Numbered from the stretch's first letter, positions 37,401-51,479 are shown. The stretch: 64,000 bases of DNA from Nymphaea colorata (GCF_008831285.2 NC_045138.2:42160001-42224000); one strand, 5' to 3'. Notes: a model not told the origin generated them from the sequence alone. A program made the numbers and translations.

Positions 37401-40400
37401 GAAACAGCAAGACCCATTGAGCTAATTCCATGCATATTTTATGTAGATATGGTCGAAAAATGCTTCTAGGTGTCCACAGAAGCAGGTCATAAGGCAGATA
37501 AAAGATCCACCAGATCAGGTATTGATCAGTTTTGAATATCACACTGTGTGTGGGAATTGGACAGTATGCATGAAGCATGAAATGACAATTTCCATGAATT
37601 AGGATAAATGAATTAGGATAAATGAAAACAACAGAGCAGCATAGATGTGTGAATATAATCTAAAAGTTAACGCACGATGCACTGTAACTTAACTATCATG
37701 TCTGTGATATGTGTGTGTGTGTGTGTGTGTGTAGCACACAACCCACAGATACCTGGCACATATATAAGAGAGAGAAAAGTGTTAATAAAAACTAATCCCA
37801 AATAACTATAATTAAAAATATAAATTGAAACATGATGCACATCCGACTGAATACAACAATAAGATTCATCACCATGAAAAAGAAAAAAAGCGAAATAACT
37901 TCTCATTGCCTCATTGTTGGGTTTGTTTCACTGATCTGGTCGAGTAAGGTTTCTAGTTTGTCTAAGTTGAGCCATGTTAATCCTAGAGTATATTGGTCTG
38001 TGAGTTTCTGAGCATCCAATAAAGGTGAATGGAATAGATTTTGATGATAAAATATCTCCTTTGTCATTTACTGATTTTCAAATAGCATCTACGATCAAAA
38101 GTTTTGGCAGTCTGGTTCATACTGAAAAATTTTTCAAAAGAAGACTCATTTGATAAGGACCTTGAAAGCATTTTATTTGTAAGATAAACCAACACTAAAA
38201 TAGCCCCAGAACAAAGTTTTTTTGACATTCTTTGAACTAAATTAAGTCTTAGCAGCTTCAATGGTATGCCTAAGCTTTCTTTCAATAGTCCATTTTGTTG
38301 AGGAGTCCTAAAGTAATATTTTTGACGTATAATTCTCTCGCATTCTATGTAACTTAGTTCATGAGATAAGTATTCTCCTTCTGAATCAGTTTCAAAATCT
38401 TGATATTAGAGCCTCTTATTACGAAACTTGTTTAAGGATGCAAACACCTCAGACTTAAACTTTAGAATGTAAATTCAACAATATCTAGCAACAGAAATAG
38501 CATGATGTAAAAACTCATTTAGAAGCAACTGGAGTTGCATCCCTAACATTTGAATGAACCAACTGAAATAACATCTTAAAAAACAAAGTTCTTTGTGCGA
38601 AAGATAATGCTTTTATTTTTCCAAGAATGCATTGATGTCATAAAAAACCATCCAAATAAAGATTCTAATAAGCATGTAAAACAGATAATTTTTAAAATCT
38701 GGATATCTTGGTCTATGATGTCAAACATCAATATTTTTTGTTTGAGCAACATTAAAAACAAAAGACTTAGTATACAGTATACACAAATATCCATATTAAA
38801 GGTATATTTTCCTACAGCTTTTCTCAATCACTTTTTGGACTGGCAATCCAGCGACCAACATTTATTCAATAAAAACACAACATCACAACCATGCCATGAC
38901 TCAGGATTTGAAAGAAAAAAGATAAATTTAAATTTAACTTTATTAAAGTCTAAATCTAACATTTAGAATATAATTTTTTTTCTTTTAGAAGTGGTTGAAA
39001 TAACCACTCCTAAGATAGATGTTCCTCATTTGATCCTTCAAGAAGAAGCTGTAGTTATTCTGTCAATTGTGCCGAGGACGTTACTCTAATTGAACCACCC
39101 TGTCTTGTTAAGTTGAAGATACTATAGCAACCTTTTTATTATTTGAGGTTTAATATGACTGGGTTCATGTAAAAAACATGACACATCACTTTCTCCATGT
39201 TGGTATTTACTATAATGCTTAAGTCTGGTGGTCTAGAAGGTTTGAGAGAGTTTCTTGGCCTAGATATTGCAGGGCCTTGTCTTTTTCATATTTGGATAAT
39301 ATGAACAACAAACTATCCACATTTTTATTAATGTCAGATCTTGTTCCTAACCTTCTTCCCTACTAAGCTTAGTGAGGGCTTAATGAATAGGAGGTGTTTA
39401 AAAAAGAGATAAACTAAAGGCCCTAATTTTTTGAATTTGTGCTTCCATCCTAGCAAAGACCTTTCCATTTCAATTTGCATATTTCTTGTCACTATGTTTA
39501 TATAGTTAAAAATACTAGGCAAGACTAGGTGGCAGGCCTCAAAAGAACCTAGCTGGGGCCTAAGGAAATTTTCGTAACAGTTTTTTGTTCGACACACTTT
39601 TGTTTCTTTGTTTGATATTTCTAGCTTTTTCTTGGACATAGCATTGATGGGACATATCTATTTAGGTGAACATACTCTTTAGGCATTCTCAATCCTCACT
39701 AGCTGTCTTATTATAAGGAAGATTAGAGGCAATTTTTGGTTCAATGCCACTAAGTATCCAAGGTATGTTGTTTACACATTTCAGTTTTCAATCATCAAGC
39801 TTTTCAAAATGCCATCTAAAATTTTTTTCTTTCATCTCCATCAAGGCCTTCTTCTATTTCATTCTCAAACTTAAATACTACTGATCTGGATTCAGGCATA
39901 GTACTTCTTGTGTATCCATATAGACCTTGCCCTTTGATGTAAGTTTTCAGATGTTCACTCATTCAGTGTAATTACTTTCAACAAGCTTGAAAGTGGGACA
40001 AAATTAATGTTATTCTAGTTGGATAGGTTGACATCGGCTGTTTTAGAACCCCTTGAACACATAAACAGGACCAAATTTGAATTGTTCTTCAATAAGCACA
40101 CACTTGAAGGCAAGGTTCAACACTTCAAAGTTCAAACAACAGTCAGACCTTGCTCTAGTATCATGTAAAAGGTGCAAAGGAAATAGGTACATGGCCAACT
40201 CAAAGAAAGAAAAAGTAGCACTAAAGGCCAATCGCCAAGAACACGGAAGAAAGGTTCCCTAAGGCACAAAAAACACAATAAAAAAGTTTATAATTTTATT
40301 GCCAAAATGTTTAGAAAAGCTTTGAAAAAACAAGAGGAGAATACCCACTACATATACAGCCAGCAAGGGCCTGGCTCTAAATGGAGCTGTAGGAACAAGC

Positions 40401-42247
40401 CAATGGCTAGTCGACCTTTGGTAATGTCAAAACTTGACCCAAAAAAAGTATAAAAAAGGAAACGATACAAAAAAAATATATTACAAGGAACAGAAGCAAG
40501 TATAACTTACAGTCATCCTATATAATTTATTATTTTATTATATCTACAGTAATGACATACATATCCATAAACTTCATATATACATGTATATAATTAGCAT
40601 ATATATAGATAGAAGAGTACACACAGGTAACAAAAATGCCAATAGGTCCCCCTAAAGGTGGTTGAGTAATTTATCAATATGGATTATCCTGTGAGACTAC
40701 CCAAAAGTTGGCTCTAACAATCTCACAGTCAACCTCCTTGATGTTGAGACAGCATATGAGCATATAGAATCACCGTACTATTTGCACATCCTCTATAAGC
40801 AGCCAAGGTAGCTGCACCATAAGGACAATCCTTCATCTTCCAAATCATCTACTCCAACTTATTTTATTCAGACTTTCTATTTCAAACTACTTTTCTATCC
40901 AACCTGTAAGCCACTAGCAGCAGTTCCTCTTTCTAACCAAATGCATGATCAAATCCTTTAGACTAAGAAAATAGACTGACTACCTTTATGACTATCAGAA
41001 TCCTTCTTTATGAATAGTTGAATTCCAACAGCTTAAACTTCCTCTTTGAAAGTCTTCCAAAAGTTTGATTAAATCAGGAGGAAGACAATCTGCTCAAGTG
41101 TTAAATCCTGTTTACTAAAGACCAGGATACCACCTTTATTCGTATTCTTGAAGTCCTCAGCGTCCTAGCTGATCTCAATGGAAGGTTACTTAGTGGCATT
41201 CAGGAAAGCATAATCATTGTTGACTTATTGATTGGTGTGCTTAGAGCCATGATGTTTTTCAATTACTGTGCTTCGGTCACAAGTAAATCTTTTTTATTTT
41301 CTACAAAGCCGACCAACACTACTTTCTATTAAAAAATTTTGTTAATAATTCATATTCTAACACCTGATTACTTATTAGTCATCTAATGCTACTTTAATCC
41401 ACAACACACCACAAAAAAACATGTTTCTGATATACAGGATATAGTCTCCTATTCTACTGATTTTAGCAAGATCAAATTTGATGGTGTCAGACTGAAAAGG
41501 GTAGAAAGTCAAACTCCTTATAATGATCGATCCCTACTTGTTATCATCAACTTCAATAAATTGGTTTTCATTCATTAGGAAAACCAGCCAGTCTTCAAAA
41601 TTTGAAGAGACCATATTCCAAGCAGATATCTATACTATGAACAAAATTATTCTGCAGGAATTCAGAATTTAACAGTAAATGAAAACTAATATGTTAAACA
41701 AGAACTATCCAGAATACAATGGCAACGGAAAAAACTGAACCAACCAATTAGTTCTGTTAGAGAAGAATTATACTCATCCATGGAGACAACAAGTCAAAGC
41801 AACCCATCATAAATAAACAAGTTATGTCACCCAGCTTCTCCAAAGAGGAAAAAACAACATAAAACAGAACAAGGCGATGGTGTAAGACCTGCCCATGCAG
41901 TTGCAACAGAAGCCAATGACGTCCCAACCGTGAAGACAACCCTGTGCCTCTCAAACACATCCTATCAAAAATCAGCAGAAGACAAAAGCAACGGATCAGC
42001 ACACCGTTCAACCAACAAACTCCAAATCGATCAAATAAATTAAAATAAAAAAAGAGGACATTCAACAGAAATCTCCGGAGTACGAGATTGGATAGGCGTA
42101 GCCGGGTAGGGGACGTGGGGAGGCAACCTTGGTGGAGAAGTACGTGTCCTGAACAGCAGACCATGAATTGGAGACCTTCTTTCTCAGGCTGGGAAGCGCC
42201 GTCGCTGCCGCCCAAGCGGAGCTACCAGCACCCCTAAGCCGATGCAT
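31471..42247 (-). CDS. Intact 5-exon host gene, 198-aa uncharacterised plant protein with two hydrophobic segments. Exons 42247-42128, 41961-41889, 36180-36116, 34551-34442, 31699-31471
   Basis: All four introns are GT-AG with compatible phases (0,1,0,2). Exons total 120+73+65+110+229 = 597 nt, open to TAA: MHRLRGAGSSAWAAATALPSLRKKVSNSWSAVQDTYFSTK/DVFERHRVVFTVGTSLASVATAWAG/YSLRYVHQSKVEQRLDSIEQA/MRGAHIIEQSDIKKIVSSGNTGTTSLIATAGTSLVIG/YGLGWRGGKWYATRKFRKEQLK...QLSC*. The 5' end is GC-rich. Confidence 0.9.
32397..32679 (+). mobile_element. Solo LTR (283 bp, Copia-like) in intron 4, TSD CTAAT
   Basis: TGTTAGAA...TCTACA flanked by CTAAT (32392-32396 and 32680-32684). Contains a GGTTTTCCACGTA U5-like motif. 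Confidence 0.85.
38060..38570 (-). pseudogene. Highly decayed Copia integrase fragment in intron 2
   Basis: Minus strand gives LVHSNV..TPVAS, YILKFKSEVF, RTPQQNG and AILVLVYLTNK across frameshifts. Confidence 0.65.
39300..40040 (-). pseudogene. Highly decayed L1-type LINE ORF2 fragment in intron 2 (may extend to ~41250)
   Basis: Loose remnants of RPI, IKG(R)Q, EKA.D and PL.FLI motifs, plus CHLVLP...MERSLLGWKHK (compare YLGLP...RL.GWK). Confidence 0.45.
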
Positions 42248-45200
42248 AACCTATCTCTCGCTCTCTCTCCCTCTGGATCGATCGACCGGATCGCGTGGTG
42301 GCTCCCCTCTAGGACGGTCCTGTTTCCCGAACAGGAATCAAACAAACCCTCAAGTCTTGACGCCAATTGTCTCCAGGGAGAGAAAATTGACCCTTTTATT
42401 ATGGAGGCGGAAGAAAACCCAGCGACCAAACATTCGTTGAAGGTGCGAATCTTCTTCAACATTCATCCATATCTCATACAATTGACGTCTCAGTCTAGTC
42501 GCTGCCTGAAGATGATCGTATCGCACGCCCGTTTCGTGCGATGAAGCTGCGGTCTGGAAAAGAAGAAAAGAAGACGGAAGTCAACCACCTTCGGGGTTTC
42601 AAGAGCCCGATTGCTTCTGCTCAAAACATGCTAAAGGAAGAAAGAGTACGTCAGGCAGGCTTCCTCAAACACGGCCCACGTCACCATAGCTCTAGGAGGA
42701 AACAGGTTTGCATGTGTGGACTCTCACCAGCGACATGCAACATCTTGCAGCGAGTAAGTCTCAAAGCCAATATTATAGTCTACCAAAACTTCACCCTAAA
42801 GATCCGTCCAATATCTCGCAACCACGTTTTTACATAATTGACCTACTTGTGACCCGCAAAGATAGGAGGCTGCCTGCCTGTCTACCAATTCTTGTAAGAA
42901 ATCTCGCATCTTCTTGAAAGTTGAATAGATTTTCCATTGTTTTGCCTCTTTGACCTTTTGCATATATCTAGTTTGTAACATTACATCTGCTCATTTTAGT
43001 CCCAAGTCCTGATTGTGTGACTGTTAAATGCAATCATTAAGAACACATTCTAATGATGCCAGTTTGAGGTAAAGGCATGACCTTATGAACATAGTTGGCT
43101 GATCCATGACTCGGACTTAGATTGGCTGAAAACTGGGTCACTGAGTCAGGAAGTTGACTTGGTGATTCAACTGAGCCAGATCATAAATTTTTATAGTGCA
43201 TTCTTGTATAAATAGATGAAAAAAAAGTTTGTCAATATTTCATGTTTGATTTTTTTCAACTAAAATTGAATAATCTGTAACATGAGTATTAGTGTACACT
43301 TAATATTATGATATTTCACAATTCAAAAAAATAACAAACTTTAGTATTCAATAATGCATGATAAAAAAAGAAATTAGTTGACGAGCCCTACTGACTCAGC
43401 AAACTCTAATGCCTAACCCAGTAAACGGATTATTAGAAATGCTATGAGGAGTTATCCAATGTGAGAACAAACTACAATATCAGAACTCAAGACTTAAGAG
43501 CTTTATTTGACTAACCTTGAGTTTACAAAACCATAAATGTGAGACGAAGTCCAAAAAATTTATGCATGTTCCCCTAAAGTCTCTGTCATGTTTTTCTCTT
43601 GTATATAAAGTCCATTTATGTTGGCATGTTCACTTGTAAGAGAATACTCTTCCACCAGTCTAATGTCATGTTTTGAAATTTCTTGGTTCAAGTGTTCAAC
43701 AAATAGACTTTTGTTTGAGCCTTGAGGCAAGTTGAATTTCTACTTTCTTGCTTACATCACTTATGACGTATTGTTTTCTTGAGTGCATAAAATAATTGAT
43801 TAAAGTTCTTCTTCTTTGTTTGTGTACTTTTCTTTCTTCATGCATTCTAGTGATTTGTGCAAACACTCACCCATCAGGCTAGTGATGGAAATGAAGACAA
43901 AGGAACATCTGCCATGACAAGACAAACATTTAGCATTCTCAATACCATGCTTCTATGTTCATACATAGAACTAATAAATATAAGCAAGAACATATAGATT
44001 ATGTGCTATCATACTAGAGATAGACTTTCGGAGATCATCGATAACATACCCAATAGTTGATTTAATATAAATAGTTGTAACAACCCCACAATTTGAGTTT
44101 GTTTTCTTTAAATCCTAAAAGACGGAATATAATTTAACCCAACCTTTCAGGCATCAGCACAAACATAAGACAAAACCATTCTAAATAAAGTTCATCAATG
44201 AAAAATCAGTTTTACTAATGTTTAAGTCAAAAAATGCTTGTTCCATCCATAAAATGGATAAGACTCATAATTGTCTAGGTCTTTTCCATACAAAAAAAAC
44301 ATATTTTTACTGACTCGTAGGAAATGTCAATAAAGACAAAAAAAAAATCAGTAAAACTTTTACTGATGTTTGGTCAAAAGTCAGTGAAGATTATGTCAGG
44401 GAAGGTATTACTTACATTGAAAGCCAAAATCAGTGTATACAACCACTAACATTGACATTAACAGATGTGTCAAAAGAATTGTACCAGCATTTGGTTTTCA
44501 TCGGCAAAAAAAAATTTATTGGCATTCTTCCTTGTGTTAGTGTAGATATAAATCTAGATTGATATTGTCTCAACATTGGTCAAAGCATTTGCTAATGTTA
44601 AGTGAATATGGTCAAAGTACCTTGTTGACATTCCCAGATTATTACTGACCATTGTTGTGCATTAGTAAACATACAACTGTTTATGTTTTCCTTTGCATCA
44701 GCAAAGTTTTTTGTATTTTTTATATAGTTTATGGTATCAATTATTCATAATCTCGGGAATACAAATTTTCATACAATATTATATAACGTTAATGCAAATG
44801 AAACTAACTTCATATTAATCACAAGTTGCCACCCCAAGATGAAATTCCCACTAACTTCATGGGTTTCAATGGATTACGTTGTAATTAAGATTGTTGGATG
44901 GACATTGTACTCTTTGGCAAATACAAAAGGAACTATGGCTTGAGGAAGGACAGCTCAAGAACCAAATCAAAAGCCTTGAATCCACGTAAACACTTCCTAA
45001 AGAAGGAATTGAGATCAACTAGTCATTTCAAATTGTTAACGAACACAATAAGGATTTAGAAGAGTAACAAACTAACAAAAGAGAAAAGTAAATGCCTAAT
45101 TTTAGTTCTTAACCATTTCTACGCAGGGACTAATCTTGTTTCTTTAAACTTTGAAGCTTTAGTAATTTTTGCAAACAAAACAAGGGTGAGAGACCTGGAC

Positions 45201-46329
45201 AATGGCAACATGAAGAACACCATGGAGTCCAATGTTGATGGAAGCATGCCATCACCATAGGGCTAGTGAGGAACATGACGTTGATGGAAGAATCTGCAGT
45301 AAACAAAAGAAGCATTACCCCGTAATCATAACTAACACCATTGCTTTTCTATGTCTAAGAGAAAACCTTTAACGATATGCCAGTGAACAAAAGTGATGGA
45401 GCCAATGATGGTGGCAAAACATGCTTATATAGTGGGCCAACCTGGTCGTGATCCACAGTTACAATGCCATTTATCACTAGAAATGAAAAATAATATTTGT
45501 AGCTACAATAAGAAGTATAGGACATATGACAATTAAAAAGAGCACCAATGAGTTTTTCTTTGGATAGGGAAACTAAACACGGTCCACCAACTAGGTCAAA
45601 TTGGTCACAACACAGAATATTCATCATCAGACGAATACTAGAAAACAAGGGCGTAAGTGGTAAAATATACATAAGCAGACAAAGCTAGCAGGACAATTGA
45701 AAAATACCTCAAGAAAAGAACTACCATAAGAAAACTTGTAAAATAAAAAATTAGCAACGTTTTAGTGGCATAATACAAAGTTTAGAAATTTACAGTGACA
45801 ACTTGCAAATAGTGCTAGCAGATTCCTGCTAAATTACTATAAACAAAATTTAAAATAATTGACAATGAAAAATTTGGCATTTTACTGAAAAGTAATGATG
45901 TTTGATGTAGTAGCCACATGAAATTTATCTTCTTCAAAGTTCTTATCGATCCAGCTAAACTACTTGGCAGGTGTGCATATCCTAAACATTGCTTAGATTA
46001 CTGTTCTCGAGCACAATGCAGATATAGAACCTAAAGATATAATGACATTGACAAGCCTTCTAGCTAAGACGTCTTCTTCGTTGAATTGTGCATTTTGTAG
46101 TGAGTTAAATAGTTATTTTGTTTTGGTGATCATGGATAAGAGAGTGAAAAACATCAACTTCCCATGGATTTCCTACACTGAAAATTCAATGGCCTATGAA
46201 GAAAAGAAGATTCACACATGCAAACTCTACCATTTAACATGCAGCTACCTTTAAAGAGCATACTTTCATAAATGTGATGCTGATGTGGACCGATGAGGAG
46301 AGAGTTTGCACTTGATAGTTCAATCATGT

Positions 46330-46335
46330 CACTAC

Positions 46336-46388
<53 letters not shown>

Positions 46389-48646
46389 GTATAGCGATGA
46401 TTACTTTCACTGTTATTTATTGTATACCGGTATCCATTCCCACCGCAATTAACACTCGTTGGGAAGATTTTTGCTGGTATAGATCACCCATTATTCCCCC
46501 CTAAAATCTTTCCCTAGCTTCCCCAAGCGGTTTTCTTCCCCAACTTTTTTTTCCTCCCCCTTCAGTATTTTCCCAACTTTTCTCTTTCTTCTTTGGCATT
46601 TCTTCCCCAAATCTTTGTCTTTCTCCCTTGCGCCCCTTTGGGCAGCCTGCCCTCTCCCTTGCTCACATAATGACTACTACCACTCTCCTCCACACGCCCC
46701 ATTCCTCCTCTCCCTTATTTAACTACCCAATTTCCAACTGCCCATCTCCGGCAACATCAGCTTTCAGCCTTCGCCAACATTACCCATCTCTCTCTTAGTC
46801 CCTAGACACAACACCAAATGTAGCTTTTTCCAACACCATGTTCCCAACACCATGTTCCCAACACATGAAAATCAAACATCATGTGTTGGCAATGACCCTT
46901 TTTTGACAATGTTTGATACTGATTCAAGAAATCCAAGGCAAACATGCATTTGTTTGAGCCACATCCACCCAACCAGCTTTTATAAGTAATCAAGGTAATT
47001 GATTAAAGTTCTTCTTCTTTGTTTGTGTACTTTTCTTTCTTTATGCATTCTAGTGATTTGTGCAAACACTAACCCATCAGACTAGTGGTGGAAATGAAGA
47101 CCAAATCAAAGAAACTTCGGCTGAGACAATGCCACACAAGAAACAAACGTTTAGCATTCTCAATGCCATTCTTCGATGTTCAAACATAGAACTAATAAAT
47201 ATAAGCAAGAACAGATACAAAAGTTTTTTGTATTTTTTTATACAGTTTATGGTATTAATTATTCATCATCTTGGGAATACAAATTTTCATACAATATTAT
47301 ATATCATTAATGCAAATGAAACTAACTTCATATTGATCCCCACTAACTTCATGGGTTTCAACGGATTACGTTGTAGTTAAGATTGTTGGCTGGACATTGT
47401 ACTCTTTGATAAATACAAAAGGAACTATGACTTGAGGAAGGACAGCTCAAGAACCAAATCCAAAGCCTTGAATCCACGTAGACACTTTCTAAAGAAGGAA
47501 TTGAGTTCAACTAGTCGTTTCAAATTGTTAACAAACACAATCAGGATTCAGAAGAGTAACATACTAATGCAAGTGAAAAGTAAATACCTAATTTTAGTTC
47601 TTAACCATTTTTAGGCAGGGACTAATCTTGTTTCTTTAAACTTTGAAGTTTTAGTAATTTTTGAAAAGAAAACAAGGGTGAGAGACCTGGACAATGGCAA
47701 CATGAAGAACACTATGGAGACCAATGTTGATGGAAGCGTGCCATCACCATTGGGCTAGTGAGGAACATGATGTTGATGGAAGAATCTGCAGTAAACAAAA
47801 GAAGCATTACCCTTTTAATCATAACTAACACCATTGCTTTTCTATGTCTAAGAGAAAACCTTTCATATATGCCAGTGAACAAAAGTGATGAAGCCAACGA
47901 TGGTGGGAAAACATGCTTATATAGTGGGCCAACCTGGTTGTGATCCACAGTCACAACGCCATTTGTCACTAGAAATGAAAAATAATGTTTATAGCTACAA
48001 TAAGAAGTATAGGACATATGACAATTAAATAGAGCACCAATGCAGGTTCAAAAGGATAATGTGTTTTGCTTTGGATAGGGCAGCTAAACACCATCCACAA
48101 ACTAGGTCAAATTAGACACAACACAAAAGATTCATCAGCAGGCAGACTACTAGAAAACAAGGGCGTAAGTGGTGAAATATACATAAGCAGACAAAGCTCG
48201 TACGATAATTGAAGACTACCTCAAGAAAAGAACTACCTCAAGAAAACTTGTAAGAAAAAAAAATCAGCAACATTTTAGTCGCATAATATAGAAAGAGTGA
48301 CAACTTGCAAATAGTGCTAGCGGATTTCTGCTAAATTACTATAGGCAAAACTTTGAAATAATTGACAATGAAAAAGTTGGCATTTACTGAAAATTAATGA
48401 CATCTAATGTAGTAGCCAACATGAAATTTATCTTCTTCAAAGTTCCTATCGATCTAGCTAAACAACTTGGCAGAGCATGCCTATTGAAGAAAATGAAAAG
48501 CAAGCTTAAATCAATTGTTCGTATCCTAAACATTGCTTAGATTACCATTCTCCAGCACAGTGCAGATGTAGAACCAAAAGATATAATGACGTTGACAAGC
48601 CTTCTATCTAAGATGTCTTCTACATTGAATCAAAGTTTTTGTACTG
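46330..48646. mobile_element. Non-autonomous CACTA (En/Spm) element, ~2.3 kb
   Basis: Left end CACTACAAAA (46330). Right end TTTTGTACTG (48637-48646), whose intact version TTTTGTAGTG is at 46093-46102 in the preceding copy. Subterminal short repeats are present; flanks TGT/AGT give a 2/3 match to a 3-bp TSD. Confidence 0.7.
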
Positions 48647-48865
48647 AGTTAAACAGTTATTTTGTTTTGGTGATCATGGATAAGAGAGTCCAAAATCTCA
48701 ACTTCCCAAGGATTTCCGATATTGAAAATTCAATGGCCTATGAAGAAAAGAAGATTCACATGCAACCATTTACCATGCAGCCACCTTTAAAGAGCATACT
48801 TTCACAAATGTGATGCTAATGTGGACTGATGAGGAGAGAGTTTGCACTTGAAAGTTCAATCATGT

Positions 48866-51113
48866 CACTATTAAAAAAAAATTATAGCGGTGATTACTTT
48901 CACTGGTAGTAATTGTACCGGTATCCATTCCCACCGCTAACACTCATGGGGACGATTTTTACGGGTATAGATCAAGCATTATTCCGACCCAAAATCTTTC
49001 CCCAGCTTCCCCCACGGTTTTCTTCCCCAACTTTTTTCCCTCCCCCTTCAGTATTTTCCCAATTTTTCTCTTTCTTCTTTGGCATTTCTTCCCAAAATCT
49101 TTGTCTTTGCTCCCTTGCACCCCTTTGGGCTTCTCCCTTCCTCACATAATAACTACAACCACTCTCCTCTACACACCCCCTTCCTCCTCTCCCTTATTTA
49201 ACTACCCAATTTCCAGCTGCCCATCTCCGGCAACATCTGCTTTCAGCCTTCACCATCACCACCCATCTCACTCTTAGTCCCTAGACACAACATCAAATGT
49301 AGCTTTTGCCAACACCATGTTCCCGACACATGAAACATCATGTGTCAGCAACAACACTTTTTTGACAATGTTTGATACTGATTCAAGATACCTAACGCAA
49401 ACATGCATTTGTTTGAGCCACACCCACCCAGCAAGCTTTTATAAGTAGTCAAGGTAATTGATTAAAGTTCTTCTTTGTTTGTGTACTTTCCTTTCTTTAT
49501 GCATTGTAGTGATTTGTGCAGACACTCACCAATCAGGCTAGTGGTGGAAATGAAGACCAAATCAATGGAACATCGGTCATGACAATTCCACACAAGACAC
49601 AAACGTTTATTTTTCTCAATGCCATGCTTATACATAGAACTAATAAATATAAGGAAGAATATATACAAAAGTTTTTTGTATTTTTTTATACAGTTTATGG
49701 TATCAATTATTCATAATCATGGGAATACAAATTTTCATACAATATGACATATCGTTAATGCAAATGAAACTAACTTCATATTGATCACAAGTTACCACCC
49801 CAAGATGATATTCCCACTAACTTCATGGGTTTTCTTGGATTACGTTGTAGTTAAGATTGTTGGATGGACATTGTACTCTTCAGCATTACAAAAGGAACTA
49901 TGGCTTGAAGAAGGAAAGCTTGAGAACCAAATCCAAAGCCTTGAATCCACGTTGACACTTCCTAAAGAAGGCATTGAGATCAACTAGTCATTTCAAATTG
50001 TTAACGAACACAATCAGGATTCAGAAGAGTAACAAACTAATGCAAGTGAAAAGTAACTGCCTAATTTTAGTTCTTAATCATTTCTACGTAGGGACTAATC
50101 TTGTTTCTTTAAACATTGAAGTTTTAGTAATTTTTGCAAAGAAAACAAGGGTGAGCAACCTGGACAATGGCAACATGAAGAACACCATGAAGACCAATGT
50201 TGATGGAAGCTTTGCCATCACCATAGGGCTAGTGAGGAACATGACGTTGATGGAAGAATCTATAGTAAACAAAAGAAGCATTACCCCCTAAATCATAACT
50301 AACACCATTGCTTTCCTATGTCTATGAGAAAACCTTTCACGATATTCTAGTGAACAAAAGTGATGGAGCCAACGTTGGTGGGAAAACATGCTTATATAGT
50401 CGGCCAACCTGGTTATGATCGATAGTCACAATGCCATTTGTCACTAGGATGAAAAATAATGTTTATAGCTACAATAAGAAGCGTAGGACAGATGCCAATT
50501 AAACACCATTCAAGGGGATAATGAGTTTTGCTTTGGATAGGGCAACTAAACACCATTCACAAACTAGGAAAATTGAACTCAACACAGAAGATTCATCAGC
50601 AGACAGACTACTAGAAAATAAGGGTGTAAGTGGTAAAATATACATAAGCAGACAAGGCTGGCAGGACAACTGAAAACTACCTCAAGAAAGGAACTTGCTC
50701 AAGAGAACTTGTAAGATAAAAAATCAGCAACGTTTTAGTCACACAATACAGAGTTTATAAATTTATAGTGACAACTTGAAATTAGTGCTAGTAGATTCCT
50801 GCCAAGTTACTACAGACAAAACTTTGAAATAATTGACAATGAAAAAGTTGGCATTTTACTGAAAAGTAATGTTGTTTAATATAGTAGCCACATGTTATCT
50901 TCTTCAAAGTTCCTATCGATCTAGCTAAACTACATGGCAGACCATGCCTATTGAAGAAAAGGAAAAGCAAGCTTAACTCAATTGTGAATATCCTAAACAT
51001 TGCTTAGGTTTCTATTCTCCAGCACAGTGCATATATAGAACCTAAAGATATAATAACATTGACAAGCCTTCTAGCTAAGATGTCTTCTAGATTGAACTGA
51101 AGTTTTTGTAATG
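48866..51113. mobile_element. Second complete copy of the non-autonomous CACTA element
   Basis: CACTATTAAAA at 48866 and TTTTGTAATG at 51104-51113; colinear with 46330-48646. Confidence 0.65.
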
Positions 51114-51479
51114 AGTTAAGCAGTTACTTTGTTTGGGTGATCATAACATAAGAGAGTCAAAATATCAACTTCCCAAGGATTTCCCACACTGAAAATTCAA
51201 TGGCCTATGAAGAAAAGAAGATTCACATGCAAACTCTATCATTTATCATGCAACTACCTTGAACGAGCATACTTTCGCAAATGTGATGCTACTGAGGACC
51301 GATGAGGAAAGACTTTGCTCTTGATAGGACAATCATGTCAGTCAAAAAAAAAATGTGAGTACTTTCATTGGTAGTAATTGTATACCGGTATCCATTCCCA
51401 CTGCAATTGACACTCATTGGGAAGTTTTTCACCGGCATAGATCACCCAATAATAATGACAAAGAGATTACAAATGAACC

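Larger units (their letters stand above)
43792..51450. repeat. Tandem triplication, period ~2.46 kb (copies start ~43792, ~46997, ~49456; the first has ~0.7 kb extra, the last is truncated)
   Basis: The same sequence blocks recur three times, e.g. AATTGATTAAAGTTCTTCTT and the near-identical short ORFs at 45130/47712/50084 and 46042/48586. Confidence 0.96.

Noticed and set aside
42168..42837. Overlapping ORFs and a possible uORF (42184-42462) around the gene start
   Set aside because: Expected in GC-rich promoter/5' sequence; no recognisable homology, and the TSS is unknown.
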